Assembly: GCF_902713615.1 (NCBI RefSeq)
Contig: NC_052171.1
Coordinates: 19,689,952-19,753,951 of the forward strand
Length of the DNA: 64,000 nt
Direction: 5' to 3'
Source of the DNA: Scyliorhinus canicula
Taxonomy: Eukaryota
Shown here: piece after piece, positions 1 through 11,439 of the stretch
Layout of the letters: every line of letters begins with the position of its first letter
Numbering within the stretch: the first letter of the stretch is position 1
The notes under the pieces: generated by a model
The model's database searches: none
Told to the model about the DNA's origin: nothing
Seen by the model: the letters and a program-made list of their open reading frames with translations, nothing else
Program-made: the position numbers and the translations under genes

Positions 1-187
1 AGCATGGCCAATCCACCTAACCCGCACATCTTTGGACTGTGGGAGGAAACCGGAGCACCCGGAGGAAACCCACGCACACACAGGGAGGACGTGCAGACTC
101 CACACAGACAGTGACCCAGCCGGGAATCGAACCTGGGACCCTGGAGCTGTGAAGCATTGATGCTAACCACCATGCTACCGTGAGGCC
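1..187 (-). mobile_element. HE1-like tRNA-derived SINE, 5' part (cut by window edge)
   Basis: On the minus strand: A-box region ggtagcatggtggttagc and B box GGTTCGATTCC; same head as many other copies. Confidence 0.9.
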
Positions 188-444
188 CCTAGAGAATGGA
201 ACAAATGAGATAGGAGCTGTATGGTGCGGCCCGGCCATGGTGTCAGCGGTCCGGCGGCACCTCCTTCGGCAGAGAAGAGGAGGTGCTCTTCCCCCGCTCG
301 TCAGTATTCATCCTTCAAACCAAGTTCCAAGGGCCGGTGCAGACTCGATGGGCCGAATGGCCTCCTTCTGCACTGTAAATTCTCTGATTCTAAACCAGAT
401 CATGGCTGTGGTGGAATCGTGCTGTGCTCAAGATTGACCGCCAC

Positions 445-670
445 GGGCAGCACGGTGGCCTAGTGGTTAGCACAACCGCCTCACGGCGCTGAGGTCCCAG
501 GTTCGAATCCCGGCTCTGGGTCACCGTCCGTGTGGAGTTTGCACATTCTCCCCGTGTCTGCGTGGGTTTCGCCCCCCACAGCCCAAAGATGTGCAGGGTA
601 GGTGGATTGGCCACTCTAAATTGGCCCTTAATTGGAAAAAATTATTGGGTAATCTAAATTTTAAAAAAAA
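445..670 (+). mobile_element. HE1-like SINE, short-tail subfamily (ends ...ttaattggaaaaa...ttgggt...ctaaatt)
   Basis: GGGCAGCACGGTGGC...TGGTTAGC and GGTTCGAATCC; sister copies at 2683-2887(-), 11956-12178(+), 19935-20151(-), 26690-26860(-), 57652-57850(+), 61354-61550(+). Confidence 0.88.
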
Positions 671-788
671 GATTGACCGCCACGTTTCCGAGCGAGGCGA
701 CAGCAGTGTTTCCCTGCGGCTGCCCCGAGACCATCAACGGGTGGGATAGAGATGCAATGCAAGTTCTTTTTGTCTCTCGGCCGGTGGT

Positions 789-828
<40 letters not shown>

Positions 829-900
829 AGAATATCTGGGAGTTGCCTTCTGATTTGGTTTCTTTTTTTTTTGTTTTCCCCCCCCCTCCCCTCTACACAG

Positions 901-1129
901 ACACGCATGCAGAGCTTGCAGCCTAACCCCAAGGCGCAGTACAAGAATGTATTTGAAGGCCTGCTAAGGATTATGCACACGGAAGGTTACTGGAGACCTT
1001 TTCGAGGACTGAATGCAATGGTACTTGGTGCTGGACCGGCTCATGCCATGTACTTTTCCACCTATGAGAAAATGAAAAGGATATTAAGTGATGCCAGCGG
1101 TCATGGTGGCAATAATCACTTAGCAAACG
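901..1129 (+). CDS. SLC25A37: Mitoferrin (mitochondrial iron carrier, SLC25 family), coding exon 2 (229 bp)
   Basis: Pyrimidine tract plus CAG at 898-900; [14 protein letters not shown]...[17 protein letters not shown]...NNHLANG; donor G|GTATTT at 1130. KAQY, PAHAMYF and HLANG match mitoferrin-1 rather than SLC25A28 (paralog sequences recalled from memory). Confidence 0.93.
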
Positions 1130-1744
1130 GTATTTGACTATTAAGTCGGGTGAATTCTATACTCTAACGTTCCGCTACCAGCCTGGCTCGCTCCTGTCCT
1201 TAACCGCTCAGCAAGTGTAAGCTTTTCTATAATAGTTGTGTGTTTTGCATGCCTGTTCTGTTGGAGAATGTGTTCATGCTGTGATTGGGCTGTCTGCTTG
1301 AGTGGGTGGTCAAGGTTTGAACTTGACCTCATCTTGGCTTTGGGTTTCTTCCTGTCTTCTGAGTCGCGTCCCTCGCCGGGCTGAGAATCTGCCCGGTTAC
1401 CAGAACTTGGGGCCTCGGGACAGTCCGGGTTTCTCCCTCCAGGTGAATGGTCCACGGCCGGTGGGAGAGACCCATGACCACCACTATTGGGGTTCAGGGG
1501 GTGATGTGCGTCAGGAATGTTCCCGCTATCGTTGAGTTTCAAGGCGAGGAGGTCATGGGCTGGGTGACTGGCAGACGAAAGGGACACCCTTCCTGAATGA
1601 TGGGCCTTCTGAGAGACGGGGCCTCCATTGGAGTTGTGAACTCGCCCCACGCCACTGATACTGGCCTCAGTAAACTGGTTTCTCGTTGTTGCACCTGTTA
1701 ACGTGCAGAGCTTACCCTTGACTTGAAATTCTCAGGACACAGCC

Positions 1745-2330
1745 AAGTGTTGTACTTCTGAGGCTGCATAAGGCTCTGGTCAGACCCCATTTGGAGTATT
1801 GTGAGCAGTTTTGGGCCTAAGGAAAGATGTGCTGGGCTTAGAAATGTCCAGAGGAGGTTCACAAGAATGATCCCTGGAATGAAGGGCTTGTCGTATGAGG
1901 AACGGTTGTGGACTCTGGGTCTGTACTCGTTGGAGTTTAGAAGGATGAGAGGGGATCTAATCAAAATTTACAGGATACTGCGAGGCCTGGATAGAGTGGA
2001 CGTGGAGAGGATGTTTCCACTTGTATGAAAAACTAGAACCAGAGGACACCATCTCAGACTAAAGGGGCCATCCTTTAAAACAGAGATGAGGAGGAATTTC
2101 TTCAGCCAGAGGGTGGTGAATCTGTGGAACTCTTTGCCGCAGAAGGCTGTGGAGGCCAAATCACTGAGTGTCTTTAAGACAGAGATAGATAGGTTCTTGA
2201 TTAATAAGGGGATCAGGGGTTATGGGGAGAAGGCAGGAGAATGGGGATGAGAAACATATCAGCCATGATTGAATGGCGGAGCGGACTCGATGGGCCGAGT
2301 GGCCTAATTCTTCTTCTGTGTCTTCTGATC
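1745..2330 (+). mobile_element. CR1-clade LINE 3' fragment in mitoferrin intron 2
   Basis: Degenerate ORF2 C-terminus (VQRRFTRMIPGMKGLSYEERL...LYSLEFRRMRGDLI) followed by a CR1 3' UTR (gatgggccgagtggcct). Confidence 0.88.
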
Positions 2331-2682
2331 TTAAGTGGCTTGAAGCAACCATGGGGAAGTATTTGTGCTCACACTCCATACTGTCCCACCAAACATCCTA
2401 GTTTGGGTGTTTCTGTGAATATTATCCAGGATGATATTTTAATCCCTTCCTGTGGCCAAGGTGATCGTGTCGGGACGGAGTGCGGGGGGAAGAATCTGTT
2501 TGGGTTTTTATTTGGATTTGAAGGAAGGTGGGGCAGGATGAATACATTTGCTCAATTGTAAGTTCTGTTCTGGCTGTTAACTGTCGCCCGGCAACCCCCT
2601 TGGAGAGAAGGAAAGAGCTTGCATTTCTCGCTCACCTGCTCTGTGCTCTCTGGACATCCCAAACCAATTTATTTAGCCTACT

Positions 2683-2887
2683 CAATTCTTTTCTTTTTGC
2701 CAATTAAGGGGCAATTTAGCGTGGCCAATCCACCTACCCTGCACATCTTTGGGCTGTGGGGGTGAGACCCACACAAACATGGGGAGAAAGTGCAAACCCC
2801 ACTCGGACAGTGAACCCGGGGCCGGGATCGAACCCGGGTCCTCGGCGCCGTGAGGCAGCAGTGCTAACCACTGCGCCACCGTGCCGT
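2683..2887 (-). mobile_element. HE1-like SINE, short-tail subfamily
   Basis: Reverse complement of the 445-670 family. Confidence 0.85.
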
Positions 2888-3677
2888 CCCCAAACCAATT
2901 TCGACGGCCAGTGCAGTGGTCCTGAATTGCAGTCACTGTTGTAATGCAGTGGAAAAGGGATGTGATATGGTGCTGCACTGGTTGTATTAAAGCAATTATG
3001 CCAACACTTGCAGGGAAATTTGCAAGTTTCAGCTTGGCTTCCTCAAAAAGCAGCTGTCAATAAAAATGAATTATGAACCGGTTGGATATGATACCATGAT
3101 AACCCTTGATTCACTCCGAGTGACTTGGAGCTGGTCAGTTTGAGCGGGTCACAACAATCCCCTTGGTGGCGGATTCACTTTCTGGCTGAGATTCCTCTCG
3201 GCAATGGCCCTTTTTTGAGTCTCCGCAGCTGGTTGGGGACTCATCTTGCTGATGTATTTCTGGTTGGGGTCCCTCCTTTGGCATGAGCAAGAGCAACTTG
3301 AGCAGGGGTAGGCCATTCGGCCCTTGTTCTCGACAGCAGCGAGATCAGGACAGATTTTCCACTTTGCGACAAGTGCCCAAAGTCTTTCCATCTTTCTTAC
3401 AAATATAAATTTAGGGTACCCAATTATTTTTTTTCCAATTAATTTGGCGTGGCCAATCCACCCACCCTGCGTCATTCCACCTCTACCTGGAATGTACTCA
3501 AAGGAGCGTTCGTGGATCTCTGGGGCGGGGAGATGCACAAATCCCTCCTCCTCCCAATCCCAAATGGCTGACCCCTTCAAATTGAGACCATGACCCTGAG
3601 TCCAGCCGGGAGAACCCAGAATTCTGGCAGCTCCGATGTTCTGTGTCCCAAGGCAGCTTGGGAGTGTGCTGGGTGAG

Positions 3678-4340
3678 GGCGGCAGGGTGGCGCAGTGGTT
3701 AGCACTGCTGCCTACGGCGCTGAGGACCCGGGTTCGAATCCCGGCTCTGGGTCACTGTCCACGTGGAGTTTGCACATTCTCCCCGTGTCTGCGTGGGTCT
3801 CACCCCCACAACATAAGGATGCTTCCTGGTTTGCAGGATAGATCTTATGAGGAAAGGTTGAGGGAACGAAGGCTTTTCTCTTTGGAGCGGAGGAGGATGA
3901 GAGGCGACTTATCAGAGGTTTATAAGATGATGAAGGGGGATAGATAGAGTGGACGTTCAGTGACTATTTCCTCGGGTGGATGTAGCTGTTATAAGGGGGC
4001 ATAACTATAAGATTCAGGGTGGGAGATATAGGAGGGATGTCCGAGGTAGGTTCTTTACTCAGAGAGTGGTTAGAGTGTGGAATGGACTGCCAGCTGTGAT
4101 AGTGGAGTCGGGCACTTCAGGAACTTTCAAGCGGTTATTGGATAGGCACATGGAGCCCACCAGAATGACAGGGAGTGGGATAGCTTGATCTTGGTTTCGG
4201 ACAATGCTCGGAACAACAGCGAGGGCCGAAGGGCCTGTTCTGTGCTGTACTGTTCTATGTTCTATATGCGGGTTAGGTGGATTGGCCACGCTAAATTTCC
4301 CCTGAATTGGAAAAAAAGATAATTGGGTACTCTAAATAGA
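3678..4340 (+). mobile_element. Short-tail SINE interrupted by a CR1 3' fragment (about 3813-4265)
   Basis: SINE head stops at ...cacccccacaac; CR1 ORF2 end (RMLPGLQDRSYEERL...FFTQRVV) with a ctatgtt tail follows; SINE resumes at gcgggttaggtggattggcc. Confidence 0.85.
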
Positions 4341-4585
4341 AAAACAAAGAGTGTGTGTGTGTGCTGGGCTAACACCAGACCATTGGATGCATGTCATGAG
4401 TGTGCAGTTCAGTGACCACGCTGACTGCCCCTCCACACTCCGGGAGTGAGCGCAGTGTGAATCTGTCGCCGTATTGACTGGCTGTGAACTCGCGTTCCGA
4501 GAGGTCTCGCTGATGTGAGATGCAGACGCGCTGATGTGAGATGCAGACGCGCTGATGTCCTCTTTATTTTTGGTCTGTTCTCCAG

Positions 4586-4642
4586 GTGTGGCGGGAGGCT
4601 TGGCAACGCTGCTACACGACGCTGTGATGACACCCGCTGAAG
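4586..4642 (+). CDS. SLC25A37: Mitoferrin coding exon 3 (57 bp)
   Basis: ttctccag|GTGTGGCG...GCTGAAG|gtaatg; reads GVAGGLATLLHDAVMTPAE, in phase with exons 2 and 4; not in the ORF track. Confidence 0.93.
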
Positions 4643-4706
4643 GTAATGACGGTGTGAGGGGAAAGGAGGGGTAAGTTAGGGTTCCAACAGCCTGGCCTTG
4701 CTGCAG

Positions 4707-5008
4707 TCACATAAGAACCGGGAGCAGGAGTCGGCCATCTGGCCCCTCGAGCCTGCTCCGCCATTCAATGAGATCTTGGCTGATCTTTTGTGGACTCAGC
4801 TCCACTTTCTGGCCCGAACACCCTTAATCCCTTTATTCTTCAAAAAACTATCTATCTTTACCTTGAAAACATTTACTGAAGGAGCCTCAACTGCTTCACT
4901 GGGCAAGGAATTCCATAGATTCACAACCCTTTGGGTGAAGAAGTTCCTCCTCAACTCAGTCCCCAATCTACTTCCCCTTATTTTGAGGCTATGCCCCCTA
5001 GTTCTGCT
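4707..5008 (-). mobile_element. CR1 3' fragment in mitoferrin intron 3
   Basis: Reverse complement of a CR1 end (gaggaacttcttcacccaaagggttgtgaatctatggaattcc ... tail). Confidence 0.75.
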
Positions 5009-5760
5009 TCCGCGGCCACGGTGCGGTACCTGTCAGGGCGGACTCCCCTTGGGCCGAGTGGGGCGGTGGGGCTGCCATCTTGGTTCAGGTACCAAGCTGC
5101 CCAGACCCCCCAGTACTGCAGGGTGGGAGAGGGGACAACTTGGCATTGGAGTGAGATGCGGGAGAGGCCAGGAGCTGTCTTTCCGCTTCTCCAGGGCCGG
5201 CCAACAATTCTTCCCAAGTTCTGCACAGGGTGGACGCGGACCCCCCCCCCCCGGGGTGGGCCAAAGGTTCCCTCCTGAGCTGCAAGGGGATGGGGGAGGT
5301 GTGAGGTCCAGGCACGAGGCCTGGGGGTCGGATATTCTGGCCCTGACTGTCCCCCGAGGCATGTCCAAATCGCCCCGTCGCCGGCAGAACCACGCGGTCC
5401 CACGTTTTGAGGGCAGCGTTCGTGGGGCTAGTTCGGCTTTTCAATGGCGGTCTGAACCCAGGGCTTGGGGAAGCAGCTGCACTTTCTGAAGTGACGGGGG
5501 GGCATGCTTGAGCGGCCTCTCCCTCCCAGGCCAGCCTGTTTGTTGGCCCGGCCTGGGTTGAGCTGCCCACTGCAGGCCCAGCGGAGCAGGGAGCAATGGG
5601 GCTGGAGTGGCCACGGGTGTGAGTCCTGCCCAGGAAACTGGGACGTCTGTGCCGAGAGTGTGCGGGGTGCGTGGGGGAAATGTGCCTCTAATTCAGGCAG
5701 TGTTTGACCGGGTCGTTCAGGCCAGATGTTTAACCCCCTTGTCCTTTCTGACACCCGCAG

Positions 5761-6287
5761 CCGTCAAGCAGCGATTGCAGATGTTTAACTCTCCGTACAA
5801 GGGAGTCTTGCACTGCATCCGGGCCGTGCGGAAGGTGGAGGGTACCAGAGCGTTTTACCGGAGTTACACCACGCAGCTGACCATGAACGTGCCCTTCCAG
5901 GCCATCCACGTCATGACCTACGAGTTCATGCAGGAGCAGCTGAACCCTTGCCACCACTACAACCCCTCGTCGCACGTCATCTCTGGGGCGCTGGCGGGGG
6001 CGACCGCGGCCGCCGCCACCACGCCGCTGGACGTCTGCAAGACCCTGCTGAACACGCAGGAGAACCTGAAGCTGGGCACGCTGGGACGGAAGAGCAGGCG
6101 CCTCTCGGGCATGGCCAACGCCCTCCGGACCGTCTACCAAATCGGCGGGCTGCCCGCCTACTTCAAGGGCGTGCAAGCCCGCGTCATCTACCAGATGCCC
6201 TCCACTGCCATCTGCTGGTCGGTCTACGAGTTCTTCAAGTACTTCATAACGAAACAGCAGCAACAGGCCTGGCCACACTCGTCCTGA
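5761..6287 (+). CDS. SLC25A37: Mitoferrin last coding exon (exon 4) to stop codon
   Basis: cccgcag|CCGTCAAG; [13 protein letters not shown]...[16 protein letters not shown]...[15 protein letters not shown]...RLSGMANA...[18 protein letters not shown]...YEFFKYF; carrier motifs PAEAVKQR and PLDVCKT; TGA at 6285-6287. Confidence 0.95.
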
Positions 6288-6645
6288 GGGCGATTCCCCC
6301 CCTCCCCCCCGGCCAACTTCAGCCCGGAGGTGGTCTCTCGTCGAGGCAAGACACTCCCGCGGTTTTCCAAGAGGTAATTTAGGAAGTTACGGGGAAGCCT
6401 CGATGGCTCCTGTTCGAAACAAGCCCGGGCGCTTGACCGGCTTAATCTCCGCCAACCCCCCCTTTTATATTTCAGAGGCAGTATCGGCACGTGAGCCGGG
6501 AGATGTTCCAGAGGAGCTGCTTTCAGCTCCCATCGGGACTTGGGCGTGTGAATGTCAGGGCAAGGACAGCACGGTGCCAGTGATCCCCCACCCCCACCCC
6601 CTCCCCTCCCTTTGTGTGTCGCAATGCTTGCTCAATATCTGTTTG

Positions 6646-6651
6646 AATAAA
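6646..6651 (+). terminator. Candidate proximal polyadenylation signal of mitoferrin
   Basis: AATAAA about 360 nt after the stop codon. Confidence 0.4.
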
Positions 6652-6885
6652 TGGTCTTGACACAACCCCGGGCGAGTTGGAGGTGGTCTCCTTCGCGATC
6701 TGAGGGACTGGGGCTTTGTTTTAAAGGCCATCATGTGTGGCACCTTGCGGGGGGGGGGGGGGGCCTGCAATCCTTCAGGGTGAGGAACGTCTCTATGCAA
6801 GTTGCAATAGTTTGTAGCGACGCACTGAACAAACAGCTCCAGCTGCTGAGGGGCAGAGCTGCTGTATTCCAGAGATTAGTGCATT

Positions 6886-7216
6886 AGAACATAGAACAGT
6901 ACAGCACAGAACAGGCCCTTCGCCCCTCAATGTTGTGCCGAGCAATGATCACCCTACTCAGACCCACGTATCCACCCTATACCCGTAACCCAACAACCCC
7001 CCCCTTAACCTTACTTTTTACACTAAGGGCAATTTAGCATGGCCAATCCACCTAACCCGCACATCTTTGGACTGTGGGAGGAAACCGGAGCACCCGGAGG
7101 AAACCCACGCACACACGGGGAGGATGTGCAGACTCCGCACAGACAGTGACCCAGCCGGGAATCGAACCTGGGACCCTGGAGCTGTGAAGCATTTATGCTA
7201 ACCACCATGCTACCAT
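6886..7216 (-). mobile_element. HE1-like SINE with (CTATGTT)n tail, antisense within the putative mitoferrin 3' UTR
   Basis: Near-identical to copies at 15790-16141, 18728-19079, 20707-21057, 21725-22070, 24590-24938(+), 27032-27386, 30901-31250(+), 32102-32449(+), 61553-61899. Confidence 0.92.
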
Positions 7217-8548
7217 TAGGCCATGAGACCATTGGATGGGTGTTGGGAGTGGAGGGGGGGGGATGGGGGGGGGGGGGGTGGGGATAGCAGCGCTAATTGC
7301 CCCATCCAGACTATGGATGAAAGACTTCACATTGGCCTTTTGGGGAGGGAGGTGGATGGGGGGGGGGGGGGGGGGGGGGGGGGGGGGCGGTGAAAGTGGG
7401 AATAGAAAATAAAAGAAGGGACATGGCTTCGGAACCACAATAGAGAGAGTGTTGACATCAGGCAAAACGGGCTCAGTGATGGCTTTCACAGCCGAATGGC
7501 AGGGTGTCGGTGGAGCTCCGCTGACTGTCTGTCTGCTGGAGGAAGAGGGGGACGGGAAAAGGGCGGGGAATTTGCATCAACGAGGAGGGTATGTGAGATG
7601 TGTCGAGAGAGAGATATTTTATCGCCAGGAAAGAGAGATATTTGGACAAGTTGGACGCGGAATGTGTTGACGGGTTGGAGGATGTTTCTGGCTATCTGTT
7701 TTTCAGACAGGTGCATTGGAGGTGGGAAGGGTTGGGGCTTTTTGTGGTTTTCGTTGATCTTTCAATGTCGCAGAATCCTGAAGCAGCCACGATTGAAATA
7801 AAAGTATTTTCAGAGCTCCCCTCATACGCTGCGAAGACTGGGGACAGTGAGCAATATGAGAACATTAAATTGACGTTCGGTCAGAAGATGTTGAGTTTCT
7901 GGAATGGTCCCCTGCTGTGTCAATCATCCCTTTTTTGCTTCGGCCTCCTTGCTACTTGCCTCTCTGTCCTGCCATCTTTCATTCCCCTCCTGTCCAGCTC
8001 TTGCTCTCTGTAATCCTCAGGCACGGCACCTCCTTCTCCTCTGTTGAATGTTCAAAGGTTTCAATCCGTCACTGAGATTAAAACTCGCTGACGGTGTTTT
8101 TAATGTACCTGGTTTTAAATTTTCCCCTTGGATTCCACCCCAACCCCCCCCCCCCCCCCCCCCTCCACCCCACCCCCCAACCCCCAAGGACCTAGCCGCA
8201 GGTCCTGAATCTGCCACATAGCCACTGGCCAAGTGGGGTTTGCACCTGTAACGCAGGGTGATCTGTTTTGTGAAATAGAATAGGATTTTTTAAGTGCAGC
8301 TCTTTAGCGAGGAGGTCAGGCCCACAGGGCCAGGTGCACTCGGAGGCAGGTAGCTGCGCACTCCTGTTGACCAGGAGTAGCTGGACAACTTCTGAAGGAC
8401 ATCGTTCGCGTGCACGCACACTGACACGGCCTGGCGTCTGCTTGCCGTGGCCCTGACTGAAACTCGCACCGGACGTCATTCAGACTTTGCCACCTCTTAA
8501 CGTCTGCTGTATTCCTCAATACACTGTCATTAATACTTTTAGTTTTCC

Positions 8549-8592
<44 letters not shown>

Positions 8593-8717
8593 AATGTGAA
8601 GGAAATCAGTGTCTGATTGGAGAATTGCTTTACACTGGAGCTGTGGCAAATCGATGTCTGTAAGAAGTTCCAAAGCTTCTTCAAAACTGAAAAACATGTA
8701 TTTTTTTACAACGCTAA

Positions 8718-8723
8718 ATTAAA
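8718..8723 (+). terminator. Candidate distal polyadenylation signal of mitoferrin
   Basis: ATTAAA with upstream TGTA and T-run and a downstream GT-rich stretch (gtgtctgatgtttt). Confidence 0.4.
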
Positions 8724-9761
8724 ACGAAAAGTGATTATTTTAAACTGGTCGCCCGTGTCTGATGTTTTAATGCCGCGTCCCGTTTCTTGACTGCGTTGGG
8801 GGGGGGGGTTCCGCCACAGAAGTTTGAGGGTGGGTTGTTCCCACAAGTGGGCTGCGAAAGCTAATTGGACGGACAAAAAAATAATCACGTCAACAAGCCC
8901 AAGCCTCGCGTGACGTTCAGAAGCGGTAAGTAATCCAGTGCGCGGGGAGTGGGTCACAGCGTCGCCTGGCGGTTTGAGTGTTGCTGGGGGAGGGGGGAGG
9001 AGGTAAAAAAAGAGAGATGCGCTGTCTAAATGGTCCCTCTGAAATTTGGTATTCTTGCCTGTCTGTTCTGACGAGTACGAGGACAAAAACTTCGACGACG
9101 CGTCTCTTTTTTCCAGTCATGCTGAAGTGAATCATTGGGGTACATTGCTTTGCCGGATGAGTGCCCAAAGTTTTTTGTGTTCTGCGGTGGGTTGCTGTCG
9201 GTTGGACAAGGTGAGACTGAGTGTGAAGCAGGGGAAATAACAGTGGGACCCGAGTCACCGTCATCTGGCAAACTGGTCTCGTGCTGTTTGAGGAGGTGGC
9301 CAGAGGGTGGCGCTCTCGGCCTTCCATTCAGCTCCCTCCCAGAGTGTTGCAGGCTGAATTTCGACGTTGGGACTTGCATTCACACCGCGATCGTCGCTCA
9401 CGGCAACCGGACGTTCCAAGGCGCCAGACAATTCCTGCGGTGCAGATGGAGGCCATTTGGCCCATCGAGCCTGCACTGACCCTCTGACAGAGCACCCCAC
9501 CTAGACCCACCCGATATCCGTAATCAGCACGTCTTTGGACACTGAGGGGCAATTTATCGTGGATAATCCAACTAAGATGCACATCTTTGGACTGTGGGAG
9601 GAAACCGGAGTACCCGGAAAACCCACGCAGACACGGGGAGAACGTGCAGGCTCCGCATATCCAGTGACCCAGCGGGAATCGAACCTGGGTCCCTGGAGCT
9701 GTGAAGCAGCAGTGCTAACCTCTGTGCCACCATGCCATCCCCCCCCCCCCAACCTGGTTTA

Positions 9762-9944
9762 GGGAGCTGGTTTAGCACCGTGAGCTATACAGCTGACTTG
9801 TAATGCCGAACAAAGCCAGCAGCGCAGGTTCAATTCCCGTCCCAGCCTCCCCGAACAGGCGCCGGAATGTGGCGACTAGGGGCTTTTCGCAGTAACTTGA
9901 TTTGAAGCCTACTTGTGACAATAAGCGATTTTCATTTCATTTCA
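9762..9944 (+). mobile_element. Second SINE family (head ggggctggtttagc..., tail ...gtgacaataagcgattttcatttc)
   Basis: B box GGTTCAATTCC; sister copies at 23729-23907(+) and 30627-30738(-). Confidence 0.8.
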
Positions 9945-10241
9945 CCTTGTCCAACAACACTCACCCAGTCAATATTTTCTGATGAATCTTGACAACACTC
10001 CCTTCCTGGTCTTCAATAAGTAATTTATCATGTGAATGACAGTGTATAAATTCTTTTCTACACACCTGCACAGGAGTTTATTGTGTTCCAGCTGCTCGAT
10101 AGCATCTTGTGATAAAGATCGTGGTACACAAGTTTTCTTTCACTAATTCTGTTTTGTGGTTTGGGAGAACAGTTTCCCCTGCTGCCTCGGTGGGGGGGAC
10201 ACACTGCCCTCATACTGCTCAGTCCTCGCTCTCCAGCTCAC

Positions 10242-10905
10242 TGTGTGTGTGTGTGTGTGTGTCTCTCTGTCTATCTCTCTCTGTCTCTCGCTCTCTGTCC
10301 CTCTGTGTGTGTGTGTGTGTCTCAATCTCTCTCTGTATCTCTCTCTGTCCCTCTGCATGTGTGTGTGTGTGTCTGTATATCTCTGTGCGTGTGTGTGTGT
10401 GTGTGTGTCTCAATCTCTCTCTGTATCTCNNNNNNNNNNNNNNNNNNNNNNNNNNNNNNNNNNNNNNNNNNNNNNNNNNNNNNNNNNNNNNNNNNNNNNN
10501 NNNNNNNNNNNNNNNNNNNNNNNNNNNNNNNNNNNNNNNNNNNNNNNNNNNNNNNNNNGTGTCTCTGTATCTCTCTCTCTGTCCCTCTCTGTGTGTGTGT
10601 CTCTCTGTCTATCTCTCTGTCCCTCTGTGTGTGCGTGTGTGNNNNNNNNNNNNNNNNNNNNNNNNNNNNNNNNNNNNNNNNNNNNNNNNNNNNNNNNNNN
10701 NNNNNNNNNNNNNNNNNNNNNNNNNNNNNNNNNNNNNNNNNNNNNNNNNNNNNNNNNNNNNNNNNNNNNNNNNNNNNNNNNNNNNNNNNNNNNNNNNNNN
10801 NNNNNNNNNNNNNNNNNNNNNNNNNNNNNNNNNNNNNNNNNNNNNNNNNNNNNNGTGTTTCTGTATCTCTCTCTCTGTCCCTCTGTGTGTGTGTGTTTGT
10901 GTCTC
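10242..10905. repeat. (GT)n/(CT)n compound microsatellite containing two assembly gaps (N at 10430-10558 and 10642-10854)
   Basis: Direct inspection. Confidence 0.95.
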
Positions 10906-11439
10906 GGACTTTAAAGTGGGATTAAATTAAGTGGGAAACAGGAAGGTGAGATAGTGATGACAAGTGGATTGAGTGGATCAGACTTCACTGTACTTTGGCG
11001 GTCGTGCATTCTGGGTACACGACCTGCTCCAGAAACTGGGGCACGAAAGTCTCAGTTGGCGCTTCCAATTCAGTGTAGAAGGAGTGCGGCACTGTCCGAG
11101 GTGCTGCTTTTCAGCTAAGTTGATAAAACCGAGGCCCAACCTTTCCCCCTCACGGCACCAGGGGTCAAAATATTTGAGGGTTCTTTCTCTGAGATCTTTC
11201 CGGGGGGGGGGGGGCACCTTTGGCTTTTCAGGGCTCCTCGAACATTCTGGATGTTGAAGGGACTGTGTCGGGTGTGCAGACAAGAAGCGAACAACAATTA
11301 AACAGTTTTCCCATCTCCCGGGCGGCCCGCCACCCTATTCCAGCGGGTGAGATTGAAACTGAAGGCTGGGAAGTTTGGGCGCTTCTGCATTGGCTGGACA
11401 TACCCCCTTTATCGAAGCATAAGGTACATGACAAGAAAG

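Noticed and set aside
1182-1216. 35-nt poison microexon in intron 2
   Set aside because: The upstream intron would be only 52 nt, too short for a typical vertebrate intron; kept only as an alternative donor.
1141-1650. 169-aa minus-strand ORF in mitoferrin intron 2
   Set aside because: No recognisable domain, non-ATG start and no exon support.
901-6287. Assignment to SLC25A28 (mitoferrin-2)
   Set aside because: Most diagnostic residues ([37 protein letters not shown]) fit SLC25A37. Some residues are SLC25A28-like, so a phylogeny should confirm.
5730-6382. Overlapping ORFs 5730-6278(-) and 5948-6382(+)
   Set aside because: Shadow frames of the GC3-rich mitoferrin exon.
8600-8622. Iron-responsive element (CAGTGT) in the mitoferrin 3' UTR
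   Set aside because: No 5-bp upper stem and no bulged C.
10109-10930. 250-270-aa ORFs
   Set aside because: They span microsatellite and N gaps.
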